Part shown: positions 1 to 13,465 of the stretch, in pieces
Layout of the letters: each line of letters starts with the position of its first letter
How positions within the stretch are numbered: position 1 is the first letter of the stretch
DNA from: Octopus sinensis
Taxonomy: Eukaryota
Assembly: GCF_006345805.1 (NCBI RefSeq)
Contig: NC_043004.1
Coordinates: forward strand, 28,148,001 to 28,212,000
Direction of reading: 5' to 3'
Length of the DNA stretch: 64,000 nt
Made by a program: the position numbers and the translations under genes
The notes under the pieces: model-generated
What the model was told of the DNA's origin: nothing
Databases searched by the model: none
Seen by the model: only the letters and a program-made list of their open reading frames with translations

Positions 1-147
1 ACTCAGAAATCTGGATGGTTTTAAAATTACAGATATTTATTAATATGTCACATGTTTTTATAAATCGTATATTTGCGCTTGCGTCCACTCTAGTGGAGTC
101 TTTAGATTGAAGGCTCCATTAGAGTGTATCTATCTATATATACATAT

Positions 148-189
<42 letters not shown>

Positions 190-789
190 GATGAAGTGTA
201 CGCGCTCACGCACGCACGCATATTCACACACACACACACACACAGACAGACTCTACGTAAAATAAAAATCAGAATTCCATCAGGATGTTACAGTAAAACG
301 AGGGCAATATCTCAGTGTACTTCTCCACAATTATTGGCCTCAGTACCAGACTCTATAGATGGAGTTTCTTTGCACTTAAAACAAATCGATATCGTCTGCA
401 TTTTCTTGTAGAAATATGCAATTTAAACTATGCCGTTATTTACATTTCGGAGAAAAGATCAAATGCATTTTTCCTTGTGCTCTTGTTAATAATTTGACAA
501 TATTAATTCTGACATTAGCAAAGAGCCACACAATTGGTGTTGGATATTAATGTGGTACATTGATTGATTAAACCCCAGAGCAGTATTGAATTTACTTTAT
601 CACCCCCAGTCTTAAAAGAAAGAAAGGTAAAGTTAACTACAATTTAATAACAGCGTAAAGATACGTAACTAAATAATCTAAATCATTTAAACTAACTGAA
701 GAATTCTGGGTAGAAGCTTTTGAAAACGGTGTTGACGGGTTATATTAGGGGTTCACAGACGAAGAAATACTTCCAAAAGAACATGTTTT

Positions 790-1085
790 CACAAGATATA
801 TATGATGATAGTGTAATAAGAGAGAGGAAACTAAAATGGTTCGGTCTTATAATACGAACATCCAATGACAATGTAGCAGTGGTGTTTCTCCAACTGATAG
901 GTTCGCTAAGAAATATGGTCCTTAGTTCTGTGTGGATACAAAGTTATCACGCCCAGCAGAGGAAAACAGAGTCTCTTATCTAAGGGGGTGGGAATGATTC
1001 TGCTAACTGGAGAGAAAGAGAAGGAAGGAAGCCCAGAGAAGACTGAACACCTGAGGAACTGCCGAGATGAGGTGGATGGATGAAA
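790..1085 (+). mobile_element. RTE-like LINE 3' ORF fragment, degenerate
   Basis: Translates to IRERKLKWFGLIIRT, resembling the RTE C-terminal RRLRWFGH.xR motif; a degenerate RGRPRK-like stretch follows near 1020-1050. Confidence 0.55.
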
Positions 1086-1309
1086 AGTAATGTGCAAACA
1101 GGTGGAAAAGATAAGAAAATATGAGAAGATCTTTACTTTGTCACTCTACAGTTTTGACACATAAAGAGTATGTTTAAAAAAAATTAAAGCAAAAACAATA
1201 GCAACAACAAAATACTGTTCCCTTTGATACGACAGCATGATTTTTGTGCCAAAACTTTAGTTCCAACTACGAAGCAGATATTTAGAGACATTATGCGTAA
1301 GATATTAAA

Positions 1310-1381
1310 CGATGATGATGATGATGATGAGGATGATGATGATGATGATGAGGGTAATGGTAGTGGTGGTGCTGGTGCTGG

Positions 1382-1424
<43 letters not shown>

Positions 1425-1434
1425 AATAATAATA

Positions 1435-1485
<51 letters not shown>

Positions 1486-1500
1486 TGATGATGATGATGA
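1310..1500. repeat. Compound trinucleotide microsatellite (GAT)n/(GGT)n/(AAT)n
   Basis: Seen directly; it explains the poly-D/I/M ORFs in the track. Confidence 0.95.
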
Positions 1501-1928
1501 GCACCCACCACAACTTAGCCGTAGTACTCAATGAAGTCATGTCCAGCCCTGTGAAAGTCCCAAAGTGGCTTACAGAAGGGATTACATATCTCTTACCAAA
1601 AACAGAAGAAACTACTAACCCCCCATAATACCGACATTATAACATGCCTCACCACCGTATATTAAGGGCTCCCGATCCTCTGTGTCAGAAGAGTATATTA
1701 AGTATATTAAGCAACTCCCTGGTAACTTCGATCTCTGTGATCTACAAAAGATAACCTTGATGGATATAGCCTATATACTACGGAAAGCACTCTCCATCTA
1801 AAATGGAATAAATGTGGTAATAATTTTAGCATGCATAGCAAAGCAAAAGTGCCCTTGCTACTCTTGACCTCCAGAGGATGCCCGGTACTAAGGCAGCTGA
1901 AATGAAGTTATAATGAAAAGAAACCATA

Positions 1929-1995
<67 letters not shown>
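1500..1995 (+). mobile_element. R4/Dong-like (REL-endonuclease) LINE remnant: RT fragment fused to the ORF 3' end, followed by an (AAT)n tail
   Basis: KWLTEGITYLLPKTEETTNP..(Y)RP-ITCLTTVY is an RT motif; LQKITLMDIAYILRKALSI* at ~1743-1802 is a typical R4/Dong C-terminus; a 3' UTR and (TAA)n run follow. Confidence 0.75.
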
Positions 1996-1999
<4 letters not shown>

Positions 2000-2002
2000 C
2001 AA

Positions 2003-2227
2003 CAATGTTACAGACAGTAACAAATACAGGATGTATGGTGAGAGGAGTGAAATGGTATGGCACATCGTTAGCAAATGTCCAAAATCGGCACAACACGAAT
2101 ACAAAAGACGACACGACAATGTGACAAGAATGATCCATTGGGATCCCTTGTGGAAGTCATGGCCTACAAAGAGCTAAGACGTGGCGTAAGCAGACATCAG
2201 GAGTCACCGATAATGAAAATTCCAAAA
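2003..2227 (+). mobile_element. R4/Dong-like LINE fragment (CCHC knuckle plus RHD motif)
   Basis: YRMYGERSEMVWHIVSKCPKSAQHEYKRRHDNVTRMIHW; embedded between (TAA)n/(GAT)n tracts. Confidence 0.8.
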
Positions 2228-2239
2228 TAATGATGATGA

Positions 2240-2273
<34 letters not shown>

Positions 2274-2322
2274 GATGGTGATGGTGGTGATGGTGGTGGT
2301 GGTGATGATGATGATGATGATT

Positions 2323-2368
<46 letters not shown>

Positions 2369-2401
2369 TAATAATAATAACAACAACAACAACAACAACA
2401 A

Positions 2402-4713
2402 CACTGGTCATTATGAATGCAAACCAACTTTTTTAGACTAATTTTTCATGCTGATTTCAAAATTTCACTATATTTGCATGCAGGACGTATCAGGTTTTCA
2501 GTAGATACATGTAAATATTTACATATTTGTATATATGAAATCATTAACGTAATAAATAAGGACATTATTTTTAGAAAGAAAATGAGTTTAATGAGTTAAA
2601 ACTCATCACTATCATTGTACAAAGAGTGAATAGACAAAAATTAGGTCAGACAAAACAAAGTTAGAACAACAAAGCTAGAACCATTGTGATTTGGATTTCC
2701 GGCGGTGTTCTTGATCTGGACGATCACAGTAAAGTGTCCACCAGTAGACAGTGAGCATACTGTTATTCCAGAAGCCTTGGTACCGTTTCTCCATAGCCCT
2801 AATGCTCTGGTGAAATCTTTCATCATGTTCATCAGACGCTGCTCCGAGGTTATCTGGAAAGAAATCCAGATGGGAGTCCAAGAAGTGAACTTTCAGTGAC
2901 ATGCGACAACCCATTGCTGAGTAACATTTCAGAAGGTACTTGATGCCATTCTTGGAGTCCATTGCCTTCTTGTTTCCCGAGAAATCCTCACAGATCTAAT
3001 TGAAAGCATTCTAGGCAGGAAGTTCCAGTTCATCCAGTGTTGTCTTGAAATTGACATATTTGAATACTTCTCTAATTTGGGGTCCGACAAAGATATCCCC
3101 TTTCAACTTCGTCTGTGTGATTTTGGAAACTTTTCTATAATACACTCAAACCCTCTGGGATTTCTCTTCCCTAGTGTCTTTACAAACCGTTTCATCAATC
3201 CAAGCTTTATGTGCAAAGGAGGCAATAGGACAGGAGGCAAGAGGTATATTCTTGACGCTAGATAGTCCTGCCTGGTATGGTGTTCTTATTTGCCAGTTTC
3301 CGAATAATATCTGTCAAATGCCCGATTACCACATAGACACAAGAAAGAACTCTATCTTGTGAAACCTGATTGCATTCCCATTAACATTCCAATGACTTTT
3401 AACTCTCTACATATTTTCCATGAGTATCTTTTATAGACAATGGCATGAAGTAAAAGTTCCATATTCTCCTATGATTCATGAAGATCAACGGAGTGTACGA
3501 CAGGAATGGAGGGCTTCAAATTACCTTTGTGGAGAAGTACAGCTTTTAACCTTCATTTTGAAGAGTCAATAAACAAACGGCACTCTTCAGGATCATGATT
3601 TTGTGATAAACATCCGAAAAGTCCATCGATGTTACTGCAAAAGCAAAGCGGGGCTTCAACAGAAAAACACGTTTGTAGAACCACATTTCTCTGTCGAAAA
3701 TAAATTATACAAACATCATGCTCCGGCAGAAACTTCTCCTTCAGTCTTGATGTCAACAGTTCTGCTTTATCTTTTGAGTGAGATAGGCAAATGACAAGGT
3801 CATTCAGTTCAGCTTGGGAAAATTTCTGAGGTTCAAAGCTGTCGTCATCAGCCACGTGATCTTCCTCAGCAGCACTATCATGACAGTCAGCATTATCATC
3901 TGATGTTTCAATATCGTCATCTGGTGGAAATGGAATTGGCAGACTTCCATTGTGAGGCACGGGTCTCATTGCAGAATCCAAATTGGAATACACAATTTTG
4001 TGTTTGTTCTTCATAGAAAATCCTGTGACATTTACTTTCCAAAAATAACAGTCACTAGAATGGTTTTTCAGCTTTCTCCATATCATTGGAATGGCAAAAG
4101 GCATGGATTTCTTATTGAACCAGTCACGTAAGCCATCTGATCAAGCTGAGCAGATGACATGTGGTGTTCATAACTTGTCCTGATCTCCAAGAGGACAAAG
4201 TATAGCTTTATAAATCTTCTTGATTTCTGGTGTTATTGTACGTTTTTGAGCTTTCACAATAAATTGTCCACAGACAACAAAACGCATCATGACGATTTCT
4301 ACACTGCCATGATGTTAACACTGTAAAACAAGTAAGGAAATAGATACAAAGCGTTATGCTAATACTGAATTTGAGATGATAAAATATCTCACCAGACCAA
4401 TTATGACTTGACAATTTGAGATGTTGAAATACCCATTTCATCAGACAAATTTAATTTAAGATGATGAATTATTGCATCTTAACTATGCAACAATGAATTA
4501 TTTAGTTTATTTTAAAGGTATGTTCCCACGATGTAAATGAAATACATACATACACGAATTTCTATATAATGCATGAGCTAAAACCAAAAAACTTTCTCAT
4601 CTTGAAAACTGTACGAGGTGTCAAAAAACTAATTTTATATTTGAAATCAGTATTAAAAACTGCACTAAATATACCTTGACATATGCTTGATGAAAAATAC
4701 TTCTTGACCAGTA
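2402..4713 (-). mobile_element. Chapaev3-like (CMC superfamily) DNA transposon, near full length, decayed
   Basis: Left end CACTGGTCA (2402-2410) and right end TGACCAGTA (4705-4713) followed by TAA; shared subterminal CTGATTTCAAA; transposase remnants inside. Confidence 0.8.
2675..4310 (-). pseudogene. Chapaev3-type transposase pseudogene
   Basis: CRNRHDAFC..CPLGDQDK..PHVIC..MPFAIPMIWR..HSSDCYF..FSQAELNDL..KAELLTSRLKEK..MSLKVHFLDSHLDFFPDNLGAASDEHDERFHQ..MEKRYQG; several stops and frameshifts. Confidence 0.85.
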
Positions 4714-4734
4714 TAATATTAACCGCAACAACAA

Positions 4735-4923
4735 CAATCCTGTCTACTGTAGGCACAAGGCCTGAAATTTTGGTGGAGGGGAATCGACAATTACATCCAC
4801 CCCAGTGTTTCACTGATACTGAGTTTATTGACCTCGGCGTAATTTGAACACAGAACGTAGCGGTAGACGAAATACTTCTAAGCATTTCACCCGGTGTGCT
4901 AACAATTCTGCCAGCTCGCCGCC
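4735..4923 (-). mobile_element. tRNA-derived SINE family A
   Basis: Reverse complement of the head GGCGGCGAGCTGGCAGAATTGTTAGCAC with a B-box-like GTTCAAATT; the family recurs across the window. Confidence 0.85.
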
Positions 4924-7900
4924 TTAAATAAACAAGCAAAACCTGATATTAGTCTCATGGAAGGATATTTACGGTGAACGATAGAGTATTTCCTGTGCAT
5001 ATCTGCCATTTCCACTCGCTGTATTTACAAAACACTTTTATTTTTCATTTTTGTGTTGGTTGAGATATTCGACTCATACAAACCAAATTACAAGTCAGAC
5101 AATTTTTTAATGACATTATGCTTAGAGCACATACAAGTATCACATACAAACACACTCACACACATACACACGCACGCACACACTCACACACACACACGCC
5201 ATACACATACACATGTGTATACGTCTATAAGCATAAATACATATATACATATATCCATGAATACAGCTAAACATAGTGTATATTACATAAATATATACAT
5301 ACATGCACACATGCATATACACATATATAAATACATTGATACTTGCACACATATATATATGTACATACATTCATACATACGAACAGGGGGTCACTTCTAT
5401 TACGACATTTAGAAATTCGTAATGGCTTTTAATGTGTCAAGATAAAAATTACTCTGGTCTCTTTCGAGAGAAAAGTAAAACGAAATACATAAAGAGAAGA
5501 GCAGGAATCCGCTTCAGTTAAACTCCCCTCGCTCTTACTCTTTGTCCCCTGTAAACCGTTTGCTAAATGTAATAAATACTTGCCAACAAAAGTTAATGAC
5601 CGGAGAAAGGAGAGGGGGTGAGAGAAGCCTTCATAAAAAAAAAAAAAATAACAGACCCATTCTCTTCCGGTTTTTGCTTACTTTGGAAATTCTTAACTTC
5701 GTAAAGAAATTATATAAGCGCGCGCGTGTGTGCACGAGTGTGTGCACGAGTGTGTGCACGAGTGTGTGAATGTGAGCATGTATGTATGTATGCACGCACA
5801 AACACACATGCACACACACACACACACAGATATAGCTGTATATTTTTGAACACCCTTATTCAAACACATTCGCACACGCATACTTGTATGCATACGTGTA
5901 AATGTGTGTGCTTATGTATACTCAAACATACACTGACACATACACATATGTATGTGCATATACAAATATGTGTGCGTGTGTGTGTGTCTATGTATATCAG
6001 TGGCTAATGCAATTGGTCACGTTTTGACATAAGCCACTACCTCCCACCCCATCATCACCACCACCAAGCACATACATCTACTCGGCTTATCCTAAATAAT
6101 AAAATCAATTAAGCGAATATTTACAAAATGAAATTTTCTGTGTGCTGTGAGAGGAAATGTGTACGATTGTCAAACAGAGCAACGACTTCCGCTCCCTGTG
6201 TTTTATTGCTGCACAAGTGTGTCAATACATCCCCAGATTTTTGCTAGGACAGATTTGCCGTCGTTGCATTGTAAAGGGAAAACCCGAAAACCTAACTTGC
6301 TTTTTGGCTCTTTATTTAGCACTACATCAGCTCTGATCGAATTCATGAAGAAAAGCATTATAGCAGATACAGTCATATCCTATATTCAGTCATCGAATGT
6401 CTTGGTCATCATATTTCAATGTTCTTCCTTTTCTAATACATTTAGGAGCAATCTGGGAAAAAACTTCACTTATGTTTCCAGTACGTCAAACAGAGGTTTC
6501 CCCGATGCCTTCGTCCTGGGTATTTTGTTTGTATGACCAAATATAAGACGAGTGTACATTCATTTCTGCCTTGAGTCGGCGACCACAGCAGTTCTGGTTG
6601 TAAACTAAAACTATATTCAATGTTATATAATTTCTATATATATCTGACCTTTATAAAAAGGAAAGGAATGACTTTTTAAAAAAAATCGATATAAAATCCT
6701 TTTTATTTTATATCTTTGTATCGTCCCTTTCATGTTTGTTTTTCTTGTTGGTGGGGCTTTTTGGCTGCGATTGCCTTAAGCATTACTCTCTGTCATCACG
6801 TTTTTGTCCAGCCTTTTAGTTTTTTTTTTCTTTGTTATTTCTAAATTTTTCCTGCAACTATTACTTTCAGACTGCTTTATATTTTGGTTTGCTTGAGAAC
6901 ATAAATAATCCTTTTTGTTTGTTTTTTTTTGTTTTCTTTTATAGGTCATTCTACTCTAGATATTTTTGTACTTCTATTATAGATATTTCATAATAGGTTT
7001 TTAGCTGCAGAAAGCCCCTACTCGTACGGTACTTTTGGTAAATATATTCTTTGTGTCTGATTGGCAGTTGTATTCTGAATACAATGACTGTTTTCCTTTT
7101 CCTCCCACTTAGCCTCCAGTTAAATGTGCAGCAATAGCTTATTTCTGGAATAGCTAGTGTAATTATGCCTGTCAATTTATTGCTTGTTGTTACTTAAAAC
7201 CCTGTTTTAAGTATTAAAATTTATTGTAACTTAAAATTCTGTTTTAAGTATTAATCTGGTACAACAATAATATTTCATTTTAATCGTTTCTTTCATTTGT
7301 CTGTGTTTACCTTGTCTACGTCATTACTATTTACCTAACACATTATTAGCAACTTCAATAATTTTTCTCTCTTCAAAAGTTAAGGGTCGCACTTTCATAA
7401 ATCCACTGAAATCGACATTCATTATTAAAACTCTGAGATTGATATAATATGTATCTTTATGAACAGTGATCAGTTAAAATGATTAGGTCAGTAACCTCAA
7501 ATGCATGACCTTATGCTTAGGTTATAACATTTTTATTGTATATATCAGATTACATTAAGTAGTGTGGATTTGTATCTTTTAAGATAATAGAGTGAGTTGG
7601 AGGGATATTCAGTCCGTATTCGCTGTACATTGTTAAACACACCCAAGACAACGAGGGTGACATAGAAAACTCATGTTTTCTCCCTTGAATTTATGAACGC
7701 ATCACGTGTTGTGCATATGAAAATGAAGTGTTAAATATGTGACATGTTTATTAACATATTTGTGCGCCGGTAACTAATCAAGTTCTGATATACTGTAAAG
7801 TAATGATATTTTGATCTGCTTACTAATGTTTTTGCATATATATCATCATACTGCTTCCCTGGTTCAGTCAATTAAAGGATCTGAAATATTCACTCAGAGT

Positions 7901-8584
7901 TAAGATTCAAAACGTCTAACCCCGTATTGCAATAAGATACACATACTGTTTATTGAGTTCTTTACGCTTCGTTTCTGGTTTGAAGCGTGTGTACTTTCGC
8001 AGGTGTATACGGAAACACACACGCGCACACGCATACCAATATATACAGATATAACGCAATGAATCGGCAAATAAATAAATATGCATATATGTTTGCATAT
8101 ATAACTCAAGACGTGAAACATGTGTCTTTAGGCTAACAATGTGGCCAGGTCGTAAAATAGACCCCACCCCTACAAAAAACACTGCAAAATACTTGGCTTA
8201 TTCAAGAAATAAATCAACATGATCAAGCGTAAAATATCTTCAGAGGGCATACGCCCACATGCTTGCTTACACGTAAATATACATATATACATACATCATA
8301 CACACATATATACATATGGGTGTACATGTATGTTCATACACACACACAGAAAACAATTCATTAGCAATTATTACCGTAATTCCCCCAATGCAAATATAAA
8401 GACATTCTATGTGAACACTTGAGAATACGTGTTCACATGCACTAAGGGTATAATTTCCCACGCAACCACACACACATGTACATACATCTATATATACATA
8501 TATAAATACACACACACACACATATATATATATATATGTACATAAATGTATATGCTCACATATATGTATGGATATATATACATC

Positions 8585-8975
8585 TATCTATCTATCTATC
8601 TCTATCTCTAGATAGACAGATAGATAGATAGATAGATAGATCGATAGATACATACATACATACATACATACATACATACATACATACGTACACACATACA
8701 TACACACATACATACATAAATACATACATGCATGCATACATACATACATGCATACATACATGCATACATACATACATACACACATACATACATACATACA
8801 TACATACATACATACATGCATGCTTACATACATACATATATACATACATACATACATACATACACACACACATACATGCATACATACATACATACATACA
8901 TACATACATGCATGCATACGTACATACATACATACACACATACATACATACATACATACATACATACATACATAC
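8585..8975. repeat. (TCTA)n/(GATA)n/(CATA)n tetranucleotide microsatellite
   Basis: Seen directly; source of the YVCM/HTYI pseudo-ORFs. Confidence 0.95.
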
Positions 8976-9610
8976 CTCTGTAGTCGAAACATTTACTTCA
9001 GGCAAAAAGTGCGGTCGGGCTGTAAATATATCAGGCTTTACACACTCTCACATTACACAAATACACATAGACATGAGTACACTCACTGACACACATGCCT
9101 ACACACATGCCTACACACATGCCTACACACATGTACACACTGTCATATGCAGAAACAGTAACAGCTGTCGGCTCCCATTTTATACTGCAAATCAACGTGA
9201 TCAACCGTATAATGACTACAGCAAGCGTTTATACACGCACGCGCACTCGTACGCATAAGCAGAGGAACACAACACAGACGCATACATGCACACATAGACA
9301 AGAACTGAAGCACTTCCGTTGATGCACACACCAAGAAATGAGAAAGACTGAGCAGGACAACTGTTATTGTTAAGACTTAACAACAGTAAATAACTTTATG
9401 CATGACCTTTGACCTTGACTGGTCAAGCGGAATTTAAAGTCTGATACTACCAGGGAAAAACACCAGCCGCCGATGTAGGCGATTAAACTCTAAAGTAAAA
9501 TACAGATCGATATTCATATGAATTAGAAAATCAAAGCATCGTGTAATGATCTTACACAAAGTTGACCGATTCTTATCTGCTTATATACATACACACACAC
9601 ACACAGACAC

Positions 9611-9662
<52 letters not shown>

Positions 9663-9665
9663 ATA

Positions 9666-9698
<33 letters not shown>

Positions 9699-9779
9699 GC
9701 ATATAAATTTTTAACAATGCACCACAAAAAATAATAGAAGTAGCTTGTATTTTAATTTTTCGGGATTAGGGAATTTTAG

Positions 9780-10800
9780 GAGATCGAATATTGTTAGCTG
9801 ACTTCTCATTCGTTTGTTAGCTGATTTCTCATTTATTTGGGTAAAGAAAAAAATTACATACTGGGTGGAGGAGAGAGGACGGTCGTTTTTGAAATACTCA
9901 ACTCCAAGGGGAAGGATATGTCTGATAGGTACCATTTTCTTTTCTTTTCAGGTGAAGCCATGGCGCTGTGGCCGAAAGAGCATCTCGTATTTGCCTACGA
10001 CAAATACGTGAAGTATAATGAGTCTGTACTAGCAGTTCAGCGTGAGTTTCGATGCCACTTCAACATTCACCGGAATCAGGCTGTTCCTACGCGTAGCACA
10101 ATCTTAGGTTAGGTGAATGCATTTCGTACACGAGGTACACTAATGAATAGTAGACCGGCAGAAGCACCTTAAACAATACTGACCCTGGAAATTGGGAAAC
10201 GCGCCAGACAAGCTTTGATACGGAGTCTGAATCGCTATGCTCGAAGGCATTCCACTCAACTTGGCATCGGTAATCAATCGGTAGGGCGTATTTTGCATGG
10301 AGACCGGCATTTCCACCCATACAAATTGGTCATTTGGCAACAGTTGAAGCCATGGGACTATGCACAGCGGCTTAACTTTGCACGTCAGATGGAAGCAATT
10401 TTTTAGTCAAATGACAACTGCATTTTGTTAATGAGGGATGAAGCTCATTTTCATCTCAATGGTGTGTTGAATCAACAGAACTGTCGTTATTGGGCTCTTG
10501 AAAACCGGACAGAACTGCACGAAAGACCACTGCACAGCCCAAAAGTGATGGTCTGGTGTACTGTTGGAAAAGCTGCTGTCCTTGGTCCTTACTTTTTTGA
10601 AGACAATAATGGAAATGCTGTTACTGTGGACTCCAAACGTTACATCGAGATGATAAACAACTTCTTTGTGCCTGAATTACGACGAAAATGTATATCTATT
10701 CGATGTGTGTAGTTTCAGCAGGATGGGGCGGCGGCCCATACAGAGCATCAATGGACGTACTTAGCCCTCTGTTTCGTGACTACCCTCTGTTCGGTATAAA
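9780..10800 (+). mobile_element. Tc1/mariner transposon of the rosa (DD41D-like) type, decayed; transposase starts at ATG 9960
   Basis: MALWPKEH..AVQREFRCHF..HPYKL..DEAHFHLNG..QQNCRYW..PLHSPKVMVWC..GPYFFE..FQQDGAAAH; four in-frame stops; truncated after the second catalytic D; boundaries approximate. Confidence 0.85.
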
Positions 10801-13005
10801 AAGGAACATTTTATACAGAAAGATTGCAACTTTGTTCATAACTGCCAAACTTCAGCTAGATGCAAGACCCTTAGAAGCCAGATCCGAGAAATTTAAATGG
10901 TCTGTTACATATTTTATCTTCTTGTAATGATCGGGATATATTCATGTAAACTAATTTTCATATTCTTAATATAAAAATTTCTATTTCCTGATATGAATGT
11001 TTTTATGTAAACTACTTTCTGACTTATCACAAAGGATACACAAAGCCTTAAACCTTTTTCTTATCCTTGTCAAAGACTCTATCACTTGATTTGCATACAT
11101 TTTTGTAAACTAATTTAGGACACCAGAGAGGATAGGCAAAACTTCACACTTTACTTTTGAAAATCGTTTTAAATAGGTGAAACTGGTTGAGTTAATAAAT
11201 ATTTTTAAAAGACTCCTGCATTTTCAGATTCTTTTCCTTCTATATATATACATGTGTGTGTGTATGTATGTATGTATGTATGTATGTATGTATGTATGTA
11301 TGTATGTATGTATGTATGTATACACACTATGGCGATAATAATGGAATAAAGATGGCGGTGGTAGGGATGGTGATGGTGCTGAAGCCGTTGCATGTAATGG
11401 TAGTTGTTGGTATTTACGATGACGAAGATGGTCTTGTTTAGAACCTAGTCAGATATGTTCGAACACGCACACACACACATAGGCACATGCAAATGCATAC
11501 ACACACGCACGCACGCACAGACGCGCGCGCACACACACACACACACACGCACACACTGCTCACACTGATTTCTAAAATGTATTTATATATGAATGCATGT
11601 ATGTAATTATGTGTATATATATGAAGTATGCTTGCGTGTATATATGTATATAAGTATGAATGCATGAATGTATACATGTATGTATTTATGTACAAATGGA
11701 TGCATGTATGTATGAATTAATGCTTATATATGCATGTATGCATGTATGTACATATATATGAATATATATATATATGTGTGTGTGTATGTATTTATGTGTA
11801 TATCCATTATTTATGTATGCAAAATGCTATAATATAAAATATAATAAACATGATTTTCATCTCGTTTAAAATAGTAAGTCAAATAAACTTCTTTTTTTGT
11901 AAAGTAAGTAAACCAAGTAGATTACTCCAGAAATGTTTTTCTCCGTGACTAGGAAAATGACATTAGTCTGCATTAGTCTGATTGGTTTCTAGTATTATTA
12001 GATCTTCATCAAAAGACGAACACATATCTTCTATCCACAAGCTATTTAAAGAGTTTCTTTTAATGCCAAGAAGACAAGCTGCATGACCTTCTGTCTGAAT
12101 GAAAACCACCTGCCAATTTGGCACTCAACTCCAGAAGGTCATTGACTTCAAGTCTCTTGACTTTCTGGCACGTTAGAGAAAGCTTAGAATACCTGCAACA
12201 ACATCTAGTGATCAACTATTTCGAAATTATTAATGCTTGCCTTCTTCTGAGCATGTGTAGTTTAGGTTTCTATGGTGATGAAATCTCGTGTATGAAGAAG
12301 AAATTTCAAGATTATCCTGATTGTACACATACCAGGCTTATTCTGAAGGCTCAGAACATGTTATAAACATGACATAAACATACGATCAAAGAAATTTATA
12401 GACACATCCACACGTCTCTACTAATTTTGCTCAATGTTGGGTAGAGTTAGCACTGCTATCGAGCAGCTCAACAAATCATATCGCAAGTTATATTTTAAAC
12501 ATTTCTACAACGTTATACAGGACAAAGGACACTTAAGTGTATCGATGCTAGCGGCGTAGATGTACAACATGAGATTCAGGTCCTACCGAATCTAATCGAG
12601 CGCAGCGATTCCTGGTGCTGCTTTGTGAAACGCATTTTGGTAGCGAAAGTTTGAGGAAAAATTCAAAGTGAATATGATCTCTGTAATTGGCATAATAGAC
12701 CATACGCTAGCAATCTGGGAGAAAGTCTAATGCGACTAAAACTAACCAGGTCTATTTTCTACCAACGAGAAGATAAAAAGCTATAGTGTAACATCATTTA
12801 CACTTCACAACGAGATTACTTTCTATGTTTATTAATGATGGCAACAAGAAAACTATGAGAAAAACAACAGCAACAGAGACGCTCAGTAATAATTGCATTT
12901 TCTCCTCACTTTTCGTCAAAAATTTTATTTAAATTTATGTGTATTTTGTAAATATGTATATACATACATAGACACACACACTCACACACACTAACAGACA
13001 GACAG

Positions 13006-13060
<55 letters not shown>

Positions 13061-13147
13061 CAATAAAAAAGGGTTATATTGTCAGGTAAAGTAAATTATT
13101 TTACTTTACCCTATTTTTATAAATTAATATATATATATGTATGTATA

Positions 13148-13178
<31 letters not shown>

Positions 13179-13183
13179 ATATA

Positions 13184-13238
<55 letters not shown>

Positions 13239-13465
13239 CAAAATAAGCAACAAGTATATCTTCGGTAATTTGGTACGATCGTTTGATGCTACTTCATTTT
13301 ATTAAACATTGTAAGTATTACATCAGTTTTAAAATGTTGAGCAATATTCAGCCATTTATAGAAGTCTTCCCTCAAACTGACAATACATATACTTATTTTC
13401 ATTTATGGTGCCTCTGACTTAAGTACCATATTCATTTGAATCTATCTATATATATATATATACAA

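Noticed and set aside
6150-6600. Coding-like island, possibly a decayed LINE ORF1 on the minus strand
   Set aside because: It has multiple stops in every frame I tried except the 129-aa track ORF, and no motif I can name.
11900-12800. Unique-looking region with an 82-aa TTG-started ORF, possibly a hAT remnant
   Set aside because: No convincing motif, TIR or splice-site pair.
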